From the IMG/VR virus record IMGVR_UViG_3300035701_007101: a stretch of DNA of 64,000 nt. One strand, written 5' to 3'. The position numbers and the translations under genes were made by a program. This document shows, one piece after another, positions 19,725-30,123 of the stretch. Source of the DNA: a virus (taxonomy: Duplodnaviria > Heunggongvirae > Uroviricota > Caudoviricetes). Each line of letters begins with the position of its first letter. Position 1 is the stretch's first letter. The notes under the pieces are model-generated. The model worked only from the letters and a program-made list of their open reading frames with translations. It did not search any database and had not been told where the DNA came from.

Positions 19725-19819
19725 TTACATTTATGGATGATATAAAGAAAGATACAATAAAAAATGTAAGTTGTATTCGATGAAGCAGAAAACTATTTAT
19801 TTAGTAATTCACGATTTCA

Positions 19820-20743
19820 ATGAATTCTAATTTTATGATTGATTTTATTGACTTAATGGATCCATCCATTTTACACATTGAAAAATCTGATGAACAATTT
19901 GAAGATGACAATTGGATTGTAGAACCAAAGATTAATGGTCGTAGAATTCAATGTCTTATAAATGATGACGTTTCTTTTGCTGGTCGATATGGTCGAAATG
20001 CTCATGAAAATATTAGCAATTTCAAATACAAATTTTCAAGAATATATGATAACATTCGCAGTATGGGTTTACCAAAAAACACATTATTAGATGGTGAAGT
20101 TTATTTACCGGGAAGGTCCGTGTCCCAGACATATCAAATAATAAATTCAGATTTGAATGATTCAATTACTTTGCAAGAGCAACTTGGGTTTTTAGTATAT
20201 GTTGTGTTTGATATTATGGCTATAGATAATATTTGGATAACTGATCATTCATTATCTGTTAGAAAGTTAAAACTAGGAAAGATTATTTATCCTACTTGTA
20301 GTATTGAATTAATTAAAATTATTGATGATAAAGCAGAATATTGGCAAAAAATAAAAAAATCAAACTGTGAAGAAAAAGGTATTGTTTTTAAGTTTATTGA
20401 ATCTAGATATGAGAGTAAAAAATCAAAATGGTGGAGAAAATTAAAAGATTCAGAAACTTATGATGGTGTGATAATGTCATTTAAGCTTAATAATAGATAT
20501 CCAGAAGATTTTGTGTCATCAATAAAAGTTGGTCAATATAGACGAAATAGATTAGTAGAAGTAGCAAATGTTAGTAGTTTGACAAAAGAGCAAGCATCAG
20601 ATTTTAGATCAAACATTGAGTATTATACAGGTAAAGTCATTCAATTTAAATCAGAGTCAAAAACATCAAATAGTTACAAAAATCCGAGATATGATTGTCT
20701 TAGATTAGATAAATTACCTCAATCATGTTTATGGGAGGGTTAA
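19820..20743 (+). CDS. ATP-dependent DNA ligase
   Basis: EPKINGRR, LLDGEVY, VFDIM, EKGIVFK, WWRKLK, C-terminal OB. Confidence 0.85.
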   Translation: MNSNFMIDFIDLMDPSILHIEKSDEQFEDDNWIVEPKINGRRIQCLINDDVSFAGRYGRNAHENISNFKYKFSRIYDNIRSMGLPKNTLLDGEVYLPGRSVSQTYQIINSDLNDSITLQEQLGFLVYVVFDIMAIDNIWITDHSLSVRKLKLGKIIYPTCSIELIKIIDDKAEYWQKIKKSNCEEKGIVFKFIESRYESKKSKWWRKLKDSETYDGVIMSFKLNNRYPEDFVSSIKVGQYRRNRLVEVANVSSLTKEQASDFRSNIEYYTGKVIQFKSESKTSNSYKNPRYDCLRLDKLPQSCLWEG

Positions 20744-20899
20744 ATGTTTAATAAGACAGGTTCGCCTCAACCATTAAACGTTGTTAATAGATGTTGTATT
20801 TGTGACAGGCCTGCGTCTGTGTCAAAAGATGGTAAATTATATTGTTTAGAGTGTTCACCTGCAATTGAGTTAAAGGGTGAAGATGATATGATAGTATGA
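20744..20899 (+). CDS. 51-aa zinc-finger microprotein (not in ORF track)
   Basis: Manual translation MFNKTGSPQPLNVVNRCCICDRPASVSKDGKLYCLECSPAIELKGEDDMIV; abuts both neighbours. Confidence 0.65.
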   Translation: MFNKTGSPQPLNVVNRCCICDRPASVSKDGKLYCLECSPAIELKGEDDMIV

Positions 20900-21837
20900 A
20901 CCGAAGTTTTTTTAGAGAGTTGCCTAAAGATTTAGTAGATAATCCAGATACTTCAGCTGATGTCATTTTTCATGCACTAAATGATATGACAATTGATCCC
21001 ACTGCTGCTCGCACTAGAAATAATTATATAAAATCTACGTTTAAATTTATAGGTTTTAAAAAAGAAATCAATCTTGATAATGCAACTTTGTCAACTTTTT
21101 TTTGTGAAACTGAAAATATCACATCAAAGACTTCAAATTATGAAGAAGATGATGAGAAATTAACTGAAGTTAGGTTTATCATTCACAATTTATTGCCTGA
21201 CTTTGAACGTGACATAATGTCATTGATATTTGATTATAATAAGATTCAAGAAGATATAGGCGTGATTTTAGGACTATCACAAGAGATGGTTAATTATTAT
21301 AAAAAAAGAGCGATACATAGGATTCATCATTTTTTCGATAACAGAAAGATAGACGTGAATGATATGAGAAGTTGTTTGTCTCATTATGTTTCTAAAAAAC
21401 AATTAGAAGCAATGATGTTATATTTTTTGAAACATAATCAACGAATAGTTTCAAAAGAATTAGGCATTTCACAATCTGCTGTTTCAGCTAGATTAAAACA
21501 GGGATTGAAGAAAATTAAAAGACGAATAAAGACTGATGATAGAGTTGCAAAGTATTATGAAGTTTTTTATAATTTGACAAAACAGAAATCATTATACAAT
21601 TCACAAACTAGAATGAAAGTCATTACTAATGTTGATAATTATGCTCAATTTGATTGTGATAATCAACGAATTGAAGCACAAAAACTCGCTAAGACTATCA
21701 TCAAGAAAAAAGTAAAATCTACAAAAATTAAACATTTCAAGATTGAGCACAAAAAGGTAAAGCAAGCGCCATCTAAGAAAATACGATTTGATAGAAGTAA
21801 GTTTACAAAGCTTAGACAGTTTTTTAAGAAAAAATAG
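20896..21837 (+). CDS. sigma-70 region-4 HTH domain protein (two HTHs), possible second sigma-like factor
   Basis: IGVILGLSQEMVNYYKKRA and VSKELGISQSAVSARLKQG. Confidence 0.65.
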   Translation: MNRSFFRELPKDLVDNPDTSADVIFHALNDMTIDPTAARTRNNYIKSTFKFIGFKKEINLDNATLSTFFCETENITSKTSNYEEDDEKLTEVRFIIHNLLPDFERDIMSLIFDYNKIQEDIGVILGLSQEMVNYYKKRAIHRIHHFFDNRKIDVNDMRSCLSHYVSKKQLEAMMLYFLKHNQRIVSKELGISQSAVSARLKQGLKKIKRRIKTDDRVAKYYEVFYNLTKQKSLYNSQTRMKVITNVDNYAQFDCDNQRIEAQKLAKTIIKKKVKSTKIKHFKIEHKKVKQAPSKKIRFDRSKFTKLRQFFKKK

Positions 21838-22109
21838 ATAATTAATATTGACAAATTAACTCTAGATATGAAATATAGTTTGAAACAAATTTGTTTTATC
21901 TTTATGTTATTAAAGTTTAGGATTGTGACTGACGCTGTGAATTTATATACAATTAAGCACGGTATTTTAAGTAAAGCTAAAAAAGACTTAATTAAAAGCT
22001 TAGAAACGCTTAAAACAGAAATACAATTTTAAAGACATCTTAATAGAAACTTTATCATGTCATATAATATTATAGTAGACTTTCAAGTATTTGTTAATAG
22101 GAGGATTTT

Positions 22110-22574
22110 ATGTCTATACTGAATCTTAAAGAAAATAGTAACATTGTTGACAGTGTCATAAACGCAATTGTTTCGGGATACAGAGACGATCTGTTACTAG
22201 AAGAATTGGCCGATGCTGTTGAAACTGAAAAAATTACTAAAGATGATTTTACGTCAGCTGTTGATGCTCTGAAATTGTATTCGGCAAGATTTTCAACGTC
22301 TATTCAAAAGATTGTTGATTCTATGGCACAATTTGAATTTAATGATAAACAGTCTATTATCAAAAATAGACCAATGAATCTTGCACAGCAAGTGTTACAA
22401 GATGTTGATGGTTTCAATAAAGCAACAAATGAATATTATGCTGATGATGAAAATCCGAAAGAAAAAGAAGCTGACTTTAAAAAGCCTCAACCTAAAGAAG
22501 TAAAAGTACCACCTACTAAAGTGCCCGTTATACCTCCTAAAGTACCTGCAAAAATGCAGGAACAAAAAAAATAA
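22110..22574 (+). CDS. hypothetical protein, possible virion component
   Basis: AGGAGG RBS; heads an operon. Confidence 0.65.
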   Translation: MSILNLKENSNIVDSVINAIVSGYRDDLLLEELADAVETEKITKDDFTSAVDALKLYSARFSTSIQKIVDSMAQFEFNDKQSIIKNRPMNLAQQVLQDVDGFNKATNEYYADDENPKEKEADFKKPQPKEVKVPPTKVPVIPPKVPAKMQEQKK

Positions 22575-22575
22575 T

Positions 22576-22842
22576 ATGAACATCATTGACAGAATAGCAG
22601 AAGATCATTTTGATTTGATCAAAGATGAAATGCCAGTAGATGATTCTCAGAATTATTTTTCTGAAATGATGATAGATACGTCTGATGAAAAAGAAGAACC
22701 ATTTGATAAACAAGCATATTCATTATTAAAAATTGCATTACAGTCTGATATTGATTATCATCAAAATGATAAAACAAAAGATTTTTGGAATATCAATGGT
22801 AGTAAGATATTACGAACAGTATCGAGTATAGTGAAAGGATAA
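22576..22842 (+). CDS. hypothetical protein (DFWxI motif)
   Basis: DFWNING motif similar to next gene. Confidence 0.6.
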   Translation: MNIIDRIAEDHFDLIKDEMPVDDSQNYFSEMMIDTSDEKEEPFDKQAYSLLKIALQSDIDYHQNDKTKDFWNINGSKILRTVSSIVKG

Positions 22843-22845
22843 TTT

Positions 22846-23145
22846 ATGTTAAGAGAAGGTAATTCAGATTTTTTAGATAAACTCGTTACAAGTAAACTAA
22901 AAGACGAGTTGAATACTATAATTAAAACTGCCAGTTCAAGTGAAACTCATCCAATAATAAAATCTACTAAAGATAAAATGACTTTGCATGAAGCAAGAGT
23001 CGCACGTAGAGCAGGTGCGTTTGTTAAAGTTGCCGGTAGAATTAATTTATATCAAAATACAGCAACAAATGATTTTTGGAAAATATCTGATGATAAAAAA
23101 CATGTTGAACGATTATTTGATGAAAATAATGGTGTTTTAGCATAA
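22846..23145 (+). CDS. hypothetical protein (KTAS and DFWKI motifs)
   Basis: AAAGGA RBS; operonic. Confidence 0.65.
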   Translation: MLREGNSDFLDKLVTSKLKDELNTIIKTASSSETHPIIKSTKDKMTLHEARVARRAGAFVKVAGRINLYQNTATNDFWKISDDKKHVERLFDENNGVLA

Positions 23146-23155
23146 AGGACAAACA

Positions 23156-25042
23156 ATGAAAAAGAAATCTATTTTTGATGACCAACATCAGCCAATGTCT
23201 GATTGGTTAGACAAATTAGCAAATGATGAATCAGCTAATGTAACCGATTTTAAAGATGAAGATATACCTGAAAAGAGTCGTGTAAAATATGCAGGTATTT
23301 CATCTACTTGGAGTAAAAGACAATTTGTTGAACCGCCAAAACTTAATGATTCAACAAGAGTAATCGAAAATAGACCAAGAAAATCGTCTATTGAGCAGAT
23401 TGAAAAAGAAGCTAGAAGACTGTTGCAAATCGGCGTAAGTCTAGAAAAAATAGCATCTATTTTAAAAAGACGAGTTGCTAAAGAAGACTTAAAAACTTTT
23501 AATATGACCACGCTTGAATCAGAGTTTGGTAAATTAGGCCATATCTATTTAGATGCATCATTAGTGGATGATTGTAATGATCTGTCATTGATCTCAAAGA
23601 ATGCTACAGTTGCTTTTAAATCATTACTTCAAAACGTTAAAAAAATAGCAAAATGTGAAACATGTTTATGTAATAAAAAAGGTCATTGCTCTAAATTAGA
23701 CCTAAATATTACTGATGATTTAACAATTAAGACTGCAGAACAAGCAAAGAATATTCTTAATAAATTTGCTTCAATGAAATATGTAAATTCGTATTTTGTA
23801 AAAGCAACTGATCTTACAAAATATTATAATAAACTTGCAAATGAAAATCCCGATAAAGTTGTATCAGAATTTCTTAGCGACATAAGCAGCAGAAGAGCAT
23901 CGCAAAAAGAAAGCTTACGTCTTGATGCAAAAAATATAAATAGTACATTTGAAAATAATGTTCATCATATCAAATATGGTAAAAATGATAATGAAATTTC
24001 AATTGCATTTAAACAAGCACTATTACAAAATCCATCAATTCGTGCTGCAAAATCTGAACTTTCTAAAAAATACGGTCATGAAAGAGTTACTACATATTTT
24101 AATGAAGCTAGAACAGACATCAAAAAATATGCAAAATTCATTACTATAAAATTTAATGAAACAGTTAATAGAGTTGGCAGTATTGAATCAAAACTATCAA
24201 TGGAATTAACTGAAAAACCTGCAAATTTTATTATGCCTACAAAACAGGCTACGATTAATAGTGCTACAAAAGCAGCTTATTCTTTATATACAGTTCATCA
24301 ACCAATTGAATTTATTAAAAAGTCATTAGCTAGTGTATATGGAAAAGCTATTACAGATCAAGTAATTGAAAAATTAGCTAGCGATAAAGAAGCTCAAATG
24401 CTTGGTCTAACTTATATTGATTCTAATTTGTATGCAACACCGTCTGAACTTAAAGAAGCTGTTAGTATGTTAAATCGTAGAGCATGCAATATGATTTTTC
24501 AAATTAAAGAAGGACCTTTATGCAAATCTGCATCTGATATATGTCAGATAACGGGTTTAAATATTGTAAAAAATGCAGCTGCTGATACAAAACAGCAGGC
24601 ATTGAAAGTTGTATCTCAGGCACGTAAAGTTGGATTTGATGTTAATTCATTGATGTCAAAGTTGCGTGATAAAGATAATACGTTAACAATAAAATCATTT
24701 TTGAATGCTTCAATTAGTAATCGTATGGGTGTTAATAAGACTACTAAGAGAATGAGTTCTGAAGCTGTTAGTGAAATTGTTGAAATTGCAACAAAACATT
24801 CAAATGGTAAAATTGATTTTAAGAAAGTCGCAGCAGTTCACTGGTCAAATCCGTCTTCATTAGTTAATGTATTGAAAAAGAATATAATTAATAAGACAGC
24901 ATTTGTTAATGAGGTCAATCCTGTCATTAATAAAAATACAGATGGTATTAGCAACTTTTTAAATTCGCCAAACTTTTTTAATACTGATATTTATCAGCCG
25001 CATCAAGAAGACACTGACATTGCATTTGGTAAAACCATATAA
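23156..25042 (+). CDS. large hypothetical protein with internal duplicated domain, possible virion component
   Basis: EFGKLGHIYLDASL vs EAQMLGLTYIDSNL, each followed by Cys-containing segments. Confidence 0.7.
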   Translation: MKKKSIFDDQHQPMSDWLDKLANDESANVTDFKDEDIPEKSRVKYAGISSTWSKRQFVEPPKLNDSTRVIENRPRKSSIEQIEKEARRLLQIGVSLEKIASILKRRVAKEDLKTFNMTTLESEFGKLGHIYLDASLVDDCNDLSLISKNATVAFKSLLQNVKKIAKCETCLCNKKGHCSKLDLNITDDLTIKTAEQAKNILNKFASMKYVNSYFVKATDLTKYYNKLANENPDKVVSEFLSDISSRRASQKESLRLDAKNINSTFENNVHHIKYGKNDNEISIAFKQALLQNPSIRAAKSELSKKYGHERVTTYFNEARTDIKKYAKFITIKFNETVNRVGSIESKLSMELTEKPANFIMPTKQATINSATKAAYSLYTVHQPIEFIKKSLASVYGKAITDQVIEKLASDKEAQMLGLTYIDSNLYATPSELKEAVSMLNRRACNMIFQIKEGPLCKSASDICQITGLNIVKNAAADTKQQALKVVSQARKVGFDVNSLMSKLRDKDNTLTIKSFLNASISNRMGVNKTTKRMSSEAVSEIVEIATKHSNGKIDFKKVAAVHWSNPSSLVNVLKKNIINKTAFVNEVNPVINKNTDGISNFLNSPNFFNTDIYQPHQEDTDIAFGKTI

Positions 25043-25043
25043 T

Positions 25044-25871
25044 ATGAAAACTGCTAATTTTTTAAATCAGAGAAAACGATTATTATATAATGATGGTAAT
25101 TTTATCATGCTTGGTGATCATGTAGAGTATGAAGGTAAAGTTGGTAGAATTATTGGTACCGATCGTCAGTCAGTGAACATAAAATTTGATGATGGAACTG
25201 AAAAAGATTTTGTTCAAATTGAAAATATAAAAAAAATAACGAAAGAAACAAACATGAAGCATTTAGCAGCTATTCAAACCGAATTTTTAAAAAATGCTAG
25301 GCAATGGAACAATTTATCGTATGATGAACAAACGAACTATCTTATGCATCATCCAAATAGTAATAGACGTATAACTGCTAGACCCGGTGATGTAGTTAAA
25401 AAACATGAAAGTTTTAAAAATGAACCTTCTTTTGATCAGTGGATTGCTAATAAAAAATTTATTAATATGCAAACTAAACAGCATGATGTATTTGAAAATC
25501 TTTCACAATCACAGAAAGAAGCAATAACTAAACAATTTCAATCTGATCTTTCTGATTGGAAAATAAGAGCTCAACAATATAAAGACCAAAAAAAGTCTGA
25601 AAAATCAGAACATAAGAAAGAAAAAAAACAGTTTAAACATGAACATCCTGAATTAAAATGGACTGATAAATCGTTTTTAAGGTTAATTAAAAGAAATATA
25701 AGAAAACAAAAACATGACACGACATCAATAGATAAAGATCTTAATTCTGCAATTGATGTAATTCAAATTCCCGGCATAAGACAATGGATTGAAAACACTA
25801 AAGACATCAAAGATCCCAATGAACAAAGGAATTTTATAATAAAACAAATAAAAGACTATAAATTAAAATAA
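25044..25871 (+). CDS. SH3/KOW-like N-domain + internal MKHLA module + unknown domain
   Basis: Start moved to ATG 25044; MKHLAAIQTEFLKNARQW begins at 25254 (possible separate start). Confidence 0.7.
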   Translation: MKTANFLNQRKRLLYNDGNFIMLGDHVEYEGKVGRIIGTDRQSVNIKFDDGTEKDFVQIENIKKITKETNMKHLAAIQTEFLKNARQWNNLSYDEQTNYLMHHPNSNRRITARPGDVVKKHESFKNEPSFDQWIANKKFINMQTKQHDVFENLSQSQKEAITKQFQSDLSDWKIRAQQYKDQKKSEKSEHKKEKKQFKHEHPELKWTDKSFLRLIKRNIRKQKHDTTSIDKDLNSAIDVIQIPGIRQWIENTKDIKDPNEQRNFIIKQIKDYKLK

Positions 25872-25892
25872 CTTAAGATTTAAGAAGATTCA

Positions 25893-26291
25893 ATGAAAAA
25901 AATCACTGCAATACCATCAAAAAAGATTTGTTTTAAAAATGTGCCTATTACTGGTTTATTCTTTTACAAACGCACTTTATATAGAAAAATAAGTTTAAGA
26001 GATGCAGCATATTATTTAGAACAAACTGGCATTTTTTTTGATGCTAATAAATTAGTTAGATTTATTGCAAAACAACATGAAAATGTGGCTATCGAAATAT
26101 ATGAAAATAAAGTTAAAGATGAAATAGATCATAATTTTTGTATAAATGATACTGTTGAGATTCTTAAAAAAGTGACATTGGGCAAAATTGTATCAGTAAA
26201 CAAGAATACATGTCTAGTTCAATACAAAAATAAAGATGCAATAAGTTTTGATGAATTTGCTTTCGATCAATTAAAAAAAATAAGTAAATAA
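25893..26291 (+). CDS. hypothetical protein
   Basis: ORF track. Confidence 0.55.
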   Translation: MKKITAIPSKKICFKNVPITGLFFYKRTLYRKISLRDAAYYLEQTGIFFDANKLVRFIAKQHENVAIEIYENKVKDEIDHNFCINDTVEILKKVTLGKIVSVNKNTCLVQYKNKDAISFDEFAFDQLKKISK

Positions 26292-26351
26292 ATTAATGCA
26301 GATGCATTATAATATAATTATTGATGAATTAAATACCTTAATATGAGGTTT

Positions 26352-26639
26352 ATGATGAATATAACGAATGTACAAATCATTTTCCCTAAAAAAACTGATC
26401 TAAAAGAAAAACTTAAATGTTTTGTAAACGTTATTTTTGATGATTCTTTTATTGTAAGAAATTTAAGAATAATTGAAGGATCTAACGGCTTCTTTGTTGT
26501 AATGCCCAATTATAAGAAAAAAGATGGAAGTTTTCAAGACGTTGCTCATCCTCTAACAAATGTATTTCGTCAAACAATAGACGATAAAGTTTTAGAAGCT
26601 TATGAAAATGCGTTAAATCGGTCTACAAATACTGTTTGA
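26352..26639 (+). CDS. spoVG: SpoVG-family nucleic-acid-binding protein
   Basis: FDDSFIVRNLRIIEGSNGFFVVMPNYKKKDGSFQDVAHP; GAGG RBS. Confidence 0.92.
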   Translation: MMNITNVQIIFPKKTDLKEKLKCFVNVIFDDSFIVRNLRIIEGSNGFFVVMPNYKKKDGSFQDVAHPLTNVFRQTIDDKVLEAYENALNRSTNTV

Positions 26640-26656
26640 GGAAAAGGTGGGATTTT

Positions 26657-26986
26657 ATGAAAGCAGCTTGTGTATCTTTTATTTGTCCTACATGTAGTTT
26701 AAACGTCGAAATATTTCTTAAAAGAAGTGCAAAATTAATTGCTCTTAGTTGTCCTACTTGCAAAAACATTATAGCTGTCTATAATGGAACAGTAATTGTA
26801 AATAATAATTTAAATGAAAAATTGAAAAAATTGAAATCTAAATCCGATGTTATTGATTTATTTTGTGATTTAAATAAACTATTAAAGCAAGAACCAATAA
26901 AAAATGAGGATATAACAAATTTTAAAATAGATTTAAATTTATGCAATTCATTTGATGAAGTATTTAAATTAATATGCCAAGTATAG
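26657..26986 (+). CDS. zinc-ribbon protein
   Basis: CPTC...CPTC. Confidence 0.65.
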   Translation: MKAACVSFICPTCSLNVEIFLKRSAKLIALSCPTCKNIIAVYNGTVIVNNNLNEKLKKLKSKSDVIDLFCDLNKLLKQEPIKNEDITNFKIDLNLCNSFDEVFKLICQV

Positions 26987-27037
26987 TGTTCTTTCACAAT
27001 AATCATGACAACTAATTAAAAAAGCTGCTAAAAGGCT

Positions 27038-27361
27038 ATGAGCGACTCAAGAAGATATCATAGAATAATTGAAAATCAAGTAGACATATTTGTTGACTTG
27101 TGTAAAAAGATCATTGATGCAAAAGGTCTTAAAGATAAAATATGGGTCATAAAAGATGAAGACATGTCAGTAGTCAGTGTAGGCGATCCTGATAAAATGA
27201 GTCATAATAAAGATTTTGGGTTCACGATGTACTATGAAATGATTGTCAATAGATTATCAGAAGCTGCTGAAGAATTTGACTTTAAGTTAGAGCATTTCAT
27301 AAAAGTAGCAAATTCAACTGATAGATTTAAACGATTTAAAAACAATGATTCAAAAGATTAA
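27038..27361 (+). CDS. hypothetical protein
   Basis: ORF track, operonic. Confidence 0.55.
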   Translation: MSDSRRYHRIIENQVDIFVDLCKKIIDAKGLKDKIWVIKDEDMSVVSVGDPDKMSHNKDFGFTMYYEMIVNRLSEAAEEFDFKLEHFIKVANSTDRFKRFKNNDSKD

Positions 27362-27833
27362 TAAAAATTCGAATGTTGACGAAATAGAAGAATATTTAGA
27401 CTCATTAAGTATTACCGACCAGGATGTTGATTTTATTGAAGTTACTTTTAAAGACAAGCTTAATGAAGATAAATTTTTTAAAATCAAAAATATTTTGAAT
27501 TTATTAGACATAACTGATCACGATCAACAACTAATTACAAAAGCTGCTAAAAAAGGCAGCTTTTGTAGTTTAATAACATGCGGTTTATTAACTCGACTAG
27601 ATATTGTTTATTATGTCAAAAATGATTTAGTAACTAATGAAGACATTGAAACTGTTTTTGATGAGATAATTAATCGAGATTTAGCCGATATTGTATTACG
27701 ATGGAAACCTCAATTATTTGAAACTACTCTCAGTAAATATTGCGAAAAATACAGTATATCAATCAACATGATAGATGAATCAAAACAAAAATTATTAACT
27801 CTAGAAAAATTTAAATTTATAAATTCAATATGA
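27345..27833 (+). CDS. hypothetical protein
   Basis: ORF track, overlapping neighbours. Confidence 0.55.
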   Translation: MIQKINKNSNVDEIEEYLDSLSITDQDVDFIEVTFKDKLNEDKFFKIKNILNLLDITDHDQQLITKAAKKGSFCSLITCGLLTRLDIVYYVKNDLVTNEDIETVFDEIINRDLADIVLRWKPQLFETTLSKYCEKYSISINMIDESKQKLLTLEKFKFINSI

Positions 27834-28168
27834 ATACAGATTTTGATAATCCAGTTACGACGTTTGAAGGTCAAAATTTAATGCAACACTTTGAAGAAGC
27901 GTATAAAGCATTAACTCAAAATGTTGAAAGATCACAAGCATGTAGTAATTTAGGTAGTGCTAATTGCATTAGTACAGAGTGTGTGAGTTGTTCTGATTAT
28001 TCTAAATCAAATGAATTGAATAAATTTAACTTTGCAATGCAGCAAGATAGCATTGGTATACTATCAACTGTAAACGATATAAACGTGATTTTAAGCGAGT
28101 ATTTGCCAAGTAATACGATTGTTGTTAGTAAAGACATTTTTGAACAAATCAGAAAGAGTACACTATGA
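27830..28168 (+). CDS. hypothetical protein with Cys cluster
   Basis: ATGA overlaps on both sides. Confidence 0.6.
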   Translation: MNTDFDNPVTTFEGQNLMQHFEEAYKALTQNVERSQACSNLGSANCISTECVSCSDYSKSNELNKFNFAMQQDSIGILSTVNDINVILSEYLPSNTIVVSKDIFEQIRKSTL

Positions 28169-29073
28169 AAAAAATATTGGTTCTTGACGGTGGCGGAGCA
28201 ATGGGCGTTATTCAGTGCGCTTTTTTAACTGAATTAGAAAAACGTATAGGACGAAGATTAAGTGAAGAATTTGATCTTATTATAGGTACGTCTGTAGGTT
28301 CAATAATTGGAGGAGCTATTGCTACAAATTATTATGCAATGGACTTTCTTACAAAAATAATAATTAGCAATTTACCATTAGTATTTAAGAAAAATCCGTG
28401 GTATAAGAAATATAAGTATGATAGAAATAACGTTAAACAACTTTTTGATGTTAATTTTCCAAATGCTTACATGAAAAAACTACAAACAAAGTTTATTTGC
28501 ACATCAGTAAATGCAGTAGACAGTAGAACTCATTTTTTCAAATCATGGGAAGAAAAAGATGGTGAGCTATTGCTATATAAAGCAATTGAAAGAAGTTTTG
28601 CAGCTCCTTATTATTTTGGCCCAATTGTTGACGAAGAAAATCAAGCTGTATGGCTAGATGGCGGCACTGGTATTGATAATTCACCAACATTAGAATCATT
28701 GATTGAATGTATTAGACAATTATGGTTTCAAAAAGAAAAAGTTTTTGTGTTGTCAGTTGGTACTGGATCACCTGATTTGTCACAATCATTTTCTGATGCA
28801 AAGAAACTTGTAAGTTTAATAAGACAATTGTTATATTTTATGGATCCAGATGATGGTGGATTAGCAAGAAAACAAGCAACACAGACAAAGTGCTATACAT
28901 TGTCTTGTTTGAGTGACAATTTGGATAATTTTAAGTTTTATCGCGTAGATAAGATTGTTGATAAAAAATTGAATACAATGGACGGAATTCAGCATATAAG
29001 AGAATATATAGATATTGGTAATGAATTAGCTGCTATACATGTTGATAAAATAATGCAGTTAATAAAAGAATAA
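28165..29073 (+). CDS. patatin-like phospholipase
   Basis: LDGGGAMG, GTSVG (nucleophile elbow), SFAAPYYF, LDGG. Confidence 0.92.
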   Translation: MKKILVLDGGGAMGVIQCAFLTELEKRIGRRLSEEFDLIIGTSVGSIIGGAIATNYYAMDFLTKIIISNLPLVFKKNPWYKKYKYDRNNVKQLFDVNFPNAYMKKLQTKFICTSVNAVDSRTHFFKSWEEKDGELLLYKAIERSFAAPYYFGPIVDEENQAVWLDGGTGIDNSPTLESLIECIRQLWFQKEKVFVLSVGTGSPDLSQSFSDAKKLVSLIRQLLYFMDPDDGGLARKQATQTKCYTLSCLSDNLDNFKFYRVDKIVDKKLNTMDGIQHIREYIDIGNELAAIHVDKIMQLIKE

Positions 29074-29095
29074 TATCATTGAAAGTAAAGAATAA

Positions 29096-30097
29096 ATGAA
29101 TCTTTTAAGAGATGATGATCTTGAACATCATGAACAAATTGACAATCTTGATGTTGGTCGAGTACGAGATGCAGATACACAAGATGCAGTTATAATTGAT
29201 GAGCCAAAGAATGAGCCTAGATTTAAGCAAGATGAAGAAAAGCTTGATTCTGAATTAATACGAGAATTTTTAAAGCCCAATAGTACTTGTGTTCTTTGTA
29301 CAACACCTTTATGGGCTTTTAGAATTAATAAAGCATATTTAGACGGTTTGACTTACCCTCAGATGATTGAACAATTTTCAATTAAGTTTGAAGAACGTGT
29401 TAACAGAGCATTAAGCGTATCATTATTGCATAGACACTTTCGATCACACTTTGACGCTAGAGGCGCAGCAATAGCTCAATATAATGGCCGTAAAATAAAT
29501 AAAAATACTATTGCTCCAAATGCAGGTCAACGTGATATTTTCAAATTGACGTCAAAGAAGTATATTGATGAGTTAGAAATGTATGATACTACTGCTAAAG
29601 AATTAATTAATAAGTATAGAGAGATAGAAGATATAATTGAAGATAAAAGAGAGAATGGTAAGAAATTTGGTATAGATGATTTGATACTTAAACAAGCTCA
29701 AATGTTAGCACTTCTTAATAAACAAGCAATTTCAAAATTTAAAGCATTATCTAGAGTTGATTTAGAAAGTAAGCAAGGTCAATTGTTATCTCAATTGAGC
29801 TTTATAGGCAATAAAGCGCTTGTAGGAATTTCACAAATTGATCAAAAAATGTTGTTAAGTCCCAAAGAAATGGAAGAAGTTTATTTAAGTGTAGTCATAA
29901 AACAGATTCTTGCTAGAATGGACGATCCTTTAAAAATATTAGTTAAAGATATTTCAAAAGATCAGAAACAATTGTTTTATAGAGAATTGAAAAAGTCAAT
30001 TGATGGTATGCAAGAGGGCATTAATGTAGACTTTGAAAAACAAATAAAAACGTTATCACAAAAATCTATTGTTGATAAGCGTGATTCAGAAGAATAA
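29096..30097 (+). CDS. hypothetical protein with CxxC...HxxxH zinc/HTH motif (terminase small subunit-like, tentative)
   Basis: CVLC...LLHRHFRSH followed by helical region. Confidence 0.4.
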   Translation: MNLLRDDDLEHHEQIDNLDVGRVRDADTQDAVIIDEPKNEPRFKQDEEKLDSELIREFLKPNSTCVLCTTPLWAFRINKAYLDGLTYPQMIEQFSIKFEERVNRALSVSLLHRHFRSHFDARGAAIAQYNGRKINKNTIAPNAGQRDIFKLTSKKYIDELEMYDTTAKELINKYREIEDIIEDKRENGKKFGIDDLILKQAQMLALLNKQAISKFKALSRVDLESKQGQLLSQLSFIGNKALVGISQIDQKMLLSPKEMEEVYLSVVIKQILARMDDPLKILVKDISKDQKQLFYRELKKSIDGMQEGINVDFEKQIKTLSQKSIVDKRDSEE

Positions 30098-30123
30098 ACA
30101 ATTTTCAAAAAGGAGTGTTTTAT

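Noticed and set aside
21868-22032. 54-aa ORF in the intergenic region before the structural-like operon
   Set aside because: No RBS, no motif, overlaps promoter-like AT-rich DNA; unsupported
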